Shown here piece after piece: positions 59,400-64,000 of a stretch of DNA of 64,000 nucleotides. The DNA is from Eledone cirrhosa (lineage: Eukaryota), in NCBI GenBank assembly GCA_964016885.1, contig OZ024755.1, forward strand, positions 11,036,001 to 11,100,000, read 5' to 3'. A program made the translations under genes and the position numbers. The number at the start of each line of letters is the position of its first letter. The first letter of the stretch is position 1. Under the pieces are notes generated by a model, which did not search any database, was not told the origin of the DNA, and saw only the letters and a list, made by a program, of their open reading frames with translations.

Positions 59400-60004
59400 A
59401 AAATTTGAGCACAGAAATGAGATTAACAGACGCTGGAAGCTCGGAGCAAAACGGACATAAAACACAATACAAAATGCATTAAAGCAAACTAACCTCTAAT
59501 AATATATAACAAAATTATTTCAATTAAAACCGTTCTTATCCATAACAAACCACAAGCTTGTAAGCTCAAGAACAAGCAACTGGTAATCAAACACAACACC
59601 CACCAACCAGTTCACCAAAGAGTTACAAGGGACAATTGCAATGTCCTTTTATAACATAACACAAAAGAAAACTATATAGAAAAACATTAGCAGACAATAC
59701 ATTATTGTTCTACAGAATTCCCCACAAAAATAGTCAGTTAATGCTGATAGCAATACTCATAGCACAATACAATACATGCACTAGATACAAACAAAATTAA
59801 ACCAGTATTATTATAATTGTACACTATGTGTAACCCCTTTTTTTTCTCGTCTGACTTTTATGTAAACCCCACACTTTATGTAACCTGTCTTTGTAATATC
59901 CCTCTAATTATCATTATAATAATTATTACTATTATTGATGCCGCTTTTGTTGTTATCATTGCCGTTGTTATTATTAACTTTATTGTTACTGTTGTTGTTA
60001 ACAG

Positions 60005-60709
60005 GTGGAAGATATTGAGTCAAAACTGGACCTTCTCATTGATTTGTACAAAGAAGATCGTCAGTTAGTCTTGCAACATGTTATGGGTGTCCGAAGTGAA
60101 CAGGAAACAGTACAGAGCGACAGCCGAAAAAAGCCACAACCTCTGTCTTCCCTAAAGCCACGGCCAATCCTTGTGGACAAGCAATACACCAGCGAACCCA
60201 ACACGCCGACGGGCATTCGTAACCCTAGCCGCCCAATGCAACGAAATCTGTCAGACTTAGGACAGCGCATAAAAAAACGTGTCACTTATCGCTGTTTGTC
60301 TTATAACGAAGTGCCACATCGGACAATGTCGGAAAGGATTACATACGACAGGAACAAACCAATCAAGGATTTGTTCGTAGGGGAACCTCGGCCGGCCAAA
60401 AGCTGCCTCTTACAGCCACAGCAGCAGCTGCAGCCGTCATCTTCCCGAGACAGACCGCCTGTCGGGGATCAATTAGGAACGTTGTGTTTCGCGTGCTCCG
60501 AGGGCAAGGACACTCTTAATGTGGTGACTACTACTGCAATAAATATAACTACGACAGCTACTATTACAACTATTATACCTACGCCGTCGGCAGAAACTAG
60601 CAGCACTACAACTACGACGACCAATACCCAACAACAGGGTTACGAGCAAAATACTCATAAGCAACTTTGTGCAACAAAATCAGTAGGAAACAACGTGGCT
60701 GTTACGTAG
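60005..60709 (+). CDS. KCNQ: KCNQ terminal coding exon: end of helix D and low-complexity C-tail
   Basis: ttaacAG|GTG GAA GAT. Encodes VEDIESKLDLLIDLY ... PILVDKQYTSEPNTPT ... RNLSDL ... and stays open to TAG at 60707-60709. The distal Thr/Gln-rich part is less certain. Confidence 0.85.
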   Translation: MEDIESKLDLLIDLYKEDRQLVLQHVMGVRSEQETVQSDSRKKPQPLSSLKPRPILVDKQYTSEPNTPTGIRNPSRPMQRNLSDLGQRIKKRVTYRCLSYNEVPHRTMSERITYDRNKPIKDLFVGEPRPAKSCLLQPQQQLQPSSSRDRPPVGDQLGTLCFACSEGKDTLNVVTTTAINITTTATITTIIPTPSAETSSTTTTTTNTQQQGYEQNTHKQLCATKSVGNNVAVT

Positions 60710-61136
60710 CCAAAGTTGTTTCAGGATTAGAAAGCAAAAGAGAGAGGGAGAGTGAGAGAGAGACAGCAATGAATTGAACAACTATATACATATTGTCACT
60801 TATCAAAGTTAATGCATGTATCTTGAGAGGAAGAAAAAATAACAACAGTGGGAGACATCTATATACATGCATATGAATGTGTGTATGCGAATGTATGGAA
60901 TGGTGTGTGTAAATATATATATATCTTTATATATTTATATATGTGTGGATGGCTGTGAGCGTTAGGGTATCATTATATATTTATATATATGTATGTATGC
61001 GCAAATATTCGGGTACGAATATATTTATAATATATCAAGTGGATTGGTGGATGGATGAGGGAAGCATACCAGCGCCATTAAATATGTTTCTGTGTGCATG
61101 TGTGTGAGTGTGTTTATGTTTTCAGGGCTTTATGAA

Positions 61137-61181
<45 letters not shown>

Positions 61182-61429
61182 TAATGTATGGGAGTGAAAA
61201 TGAATGTTAGCGTATATTTATCATTTTGTGAATGAATGATGGAATGCGTCGGTGTGTGAGTATGTGTGTGTGTATCAGTGTCTGAATATAAGGGAGATTA
61301 TGTGTTAGTATGCATGTATGTATTGTATACATCGTTCTAAAAGTAATAAATATATACAATATATGTAACAATATATCTACAACACATAAATATATTGTAT
61401 TCATGAGCTTAACTATATATATATATATG

Positions 61430-61463
<34 letters not shown>

Positions 61464-61517
61464 CATATATATATACATATATATCATATATATACATATA
61501 TATATACATATATATGT

Positions 61518-61569
<52 letters not shown>

Positions 61570-61683
61570 AATTTGAAGACTAAAATCCAAAGAGGGCTCG
61601 ATAAGGATAAATATATATCAAATATATAAGAACCGTATTTATTAAAATAACAGATTAAAGTTTGCTTAAACTTTAATCTGTTA

Positions 61684-61739
<56 letters not shown>

Positions 61740-61841
61740 AATTGATGTATACATTAATGTAATAGTGCACATAACCATATCATTGTACACGCATGTACCT
61801 ATACACAGACAAAGTCACTCATAGAAATACATATAAACATA

Positions 61842-61921
<80 letters not shown>

Positions 61922-62037
61922 CATACATATATATATTTACATATATAGGCATGGGTATTTATATATATGAATATATATAAATACATATATATAAATACAT
62001 ATATATAAATACATATATATATATTATATTTATATAC

Positions 62038-62078
<41 letters not shown>

Positions 62079-62776
62079 TGAATATTATACATATCTTATT
62101 TATATACATATTCTCATATTTTGTATACACAAATATACTAACCCTCATATTATATTATTATGTTTGCATAATTGTTTTTCTATATTGTTTTTATAACATT
62201 TTAAATTTAATATTGTTTGTTTTTATTACGTATTATTTCATTATATATACATATATATTATATATATGTATGTATTCATATATATATGCATATATATATA
62301 CATATATATATTATATAATTTCGTTGCCATTTTTTCAAACCTTAACACTGATTTACCTCCCTTTCATACCACACTCTTTAGCCACTGTGTCATTGCGCCG
62401 TCTTCACATCTCAGGACTCAAGATTATTTTATCATTTTAATGAGTTTAATACGATGGCGTAGGTGGAGTTGGTATTCTTATTCATTTTATTTCATTTATT
62501 CTGTTATTTCATATGTTTTGTTCCTTGTTTGTTTGTTTTCTTTCCTTGTGTTGTGTTGTTAAAATTATTAAATATTATCCAGAAAAAATACAAAAGAACA
62601 AATTAATAATAATAATGATAAGTTAAAGAAGAAGATTTTCGTTTTTGTTTTTATATACATTTAGGTTTATTTTATTGTTTGATTATTGATTGGGTTTTTT
62701 CTTTACTTTTTTCCAATATATCAACAACAACAACAACTATAATAATAATAATGACAATAATAATAATAATAATAAT

Positions 62777-62916
62777 TGGAACGCTTCAAAAGGCATGCTT
62801 GCTGGGAACAGCAAGAACCCTCCGATACGTTCTGGATATCTGAGGCTGCAGGTAGTGGCTTGATATTCATTTCAACAAACTTTCCAGTTAACTAACATCA
62901 ATGACTGAGACTCAAA

Positions 62917-62917
<1 letters not shown>
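62777..62917 (+). mobile_element. Short 3' end of the same Dong/R4 family
   Basis: GTLQKACLLGTART LRYVLDI* followed by a 3'UTR nearly identical to 27133-27233; lies within (TAA)n. Confidence 0.85.
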
Positions 62918-62980
<63 letters not shown>

Positions 62981-63813
62981 CTAGGATACACAACGCCACA
63001 AACTGTCCCAAAAATATCTCTTGGACCAGTTCACATCCTGTCCAAGACATCGATTCAATAGCACAGCTGAAGTAAAACAATCTTCACACATGACACACAC
63101 AACTTAGACTATATCTATAGGTTTACCACAAAGTAAAATAACACAACTCACATTAAACTGTAAGCTAAACCCCAGAGCAAAACAAAACCGATGTAGTACA
63201 CTAACAGAATGAATCTAGACTTCCCTACCACCCACAGAAGAAAAAACACAATTTTGCATACATCTCAGAAACACAGAGGTGAATCAAGTGATGCATCAGA
63301 AACTAGCATGATACTATCGAAGAAATAATAATAATAAAATGTTATATATATATATATATATAGTAATAATAAATGTGAAGACTTCTCAGTGCGATTTATC
63401 TTATATGTTCAATAGACAAATGGGATATGTTTACCTTTTACTTGTTGTAGCCAACTAACTGAAGCTATACCGGGGGTCCCTTGAAAACAAAAATGCAATA
63501 GGCTGACAAAAAAATCCTGAACTACAAGATATACATGGTATGAATGAATAGACACACCATTAAATATGAACGAAAAAAATAGACATTGAAACGTTAACTC
63601 TTCATGTGAAGCCTTCGTTGTTATTGTTGTTGATTGTTATTTTAGTTTTCTCTTTCTTTATTTTAATATGCCCACACACGATCAAACACTCAGATACATG
63701 CCCAAACACTTAGACGCTATATATGTTTATATATATATATATATTCAAACATATATATTCATTCATATATATGTTTTATATATATATATATACATATATA
63801 TATGTACATATAC

Positions 63814-63857
<44 letters not shown>

Positions 63858-64000
63858 CTATTTCAGAGATTCAAAGAGATTTTTAACTTTGATGATGTAT
63901 TGTTGACTATGTGATTAAATGTTGATTGTTGATTGCTAAGGTTGCCTGGTTGCCTGGTTGCTTGGTTGCCTGGTTGCCTGGATGTTTGCTTGCTTGGTTG

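Overview
AT-rich animal genomic DNA saturated with (TA)n, (TG)n, (GA)n and (TAA)n microsatellites. The repeat content suggests an octopus (coleoid cephalopod); this is an inference. Nearly all ORFs in the track are microsatellite artefacts. The real gene is a + strand KCNQ (Kv7) voltage-gated K+ channel. Nine coding exons can be rebuilt with GT-AG boundaries and compatible phases: 17894-18069, 38881-39009, 41278-41388, 46613-46797, 47246-47410, 54447-54538, 58114-58315, 59003-59099 and 60005-60709. They cover S3/S4 to the stop codon; I found no S1-S3 exons, so they probably lie upstream of the window. The introns hold tRNA-derived SINEs, Dong/R4, HERO-like and RTE LINE remnants, a hATm transposon end plus its MITE, Tc1/mariner MITEs and a Gypsy remnant. 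The most unusual signal is a set of short non-coding elements in or beside (TA)n tracts. Several carry minimal type-I hammerhead ribozyme folds with a palindromic stem III, typical of Penelope-like elements and retrozymes, and several form long near-perfect hairpins. The only copy with a fully canonical core is antisense to KCNQ; sense copies carry core substitutions or are paired with their own antisense arm. The KCNQ gene also shows four tandem copies of one 5' splice site, an in-frame internal donor in the helix-D exon, and a NAGNAG acceptor.
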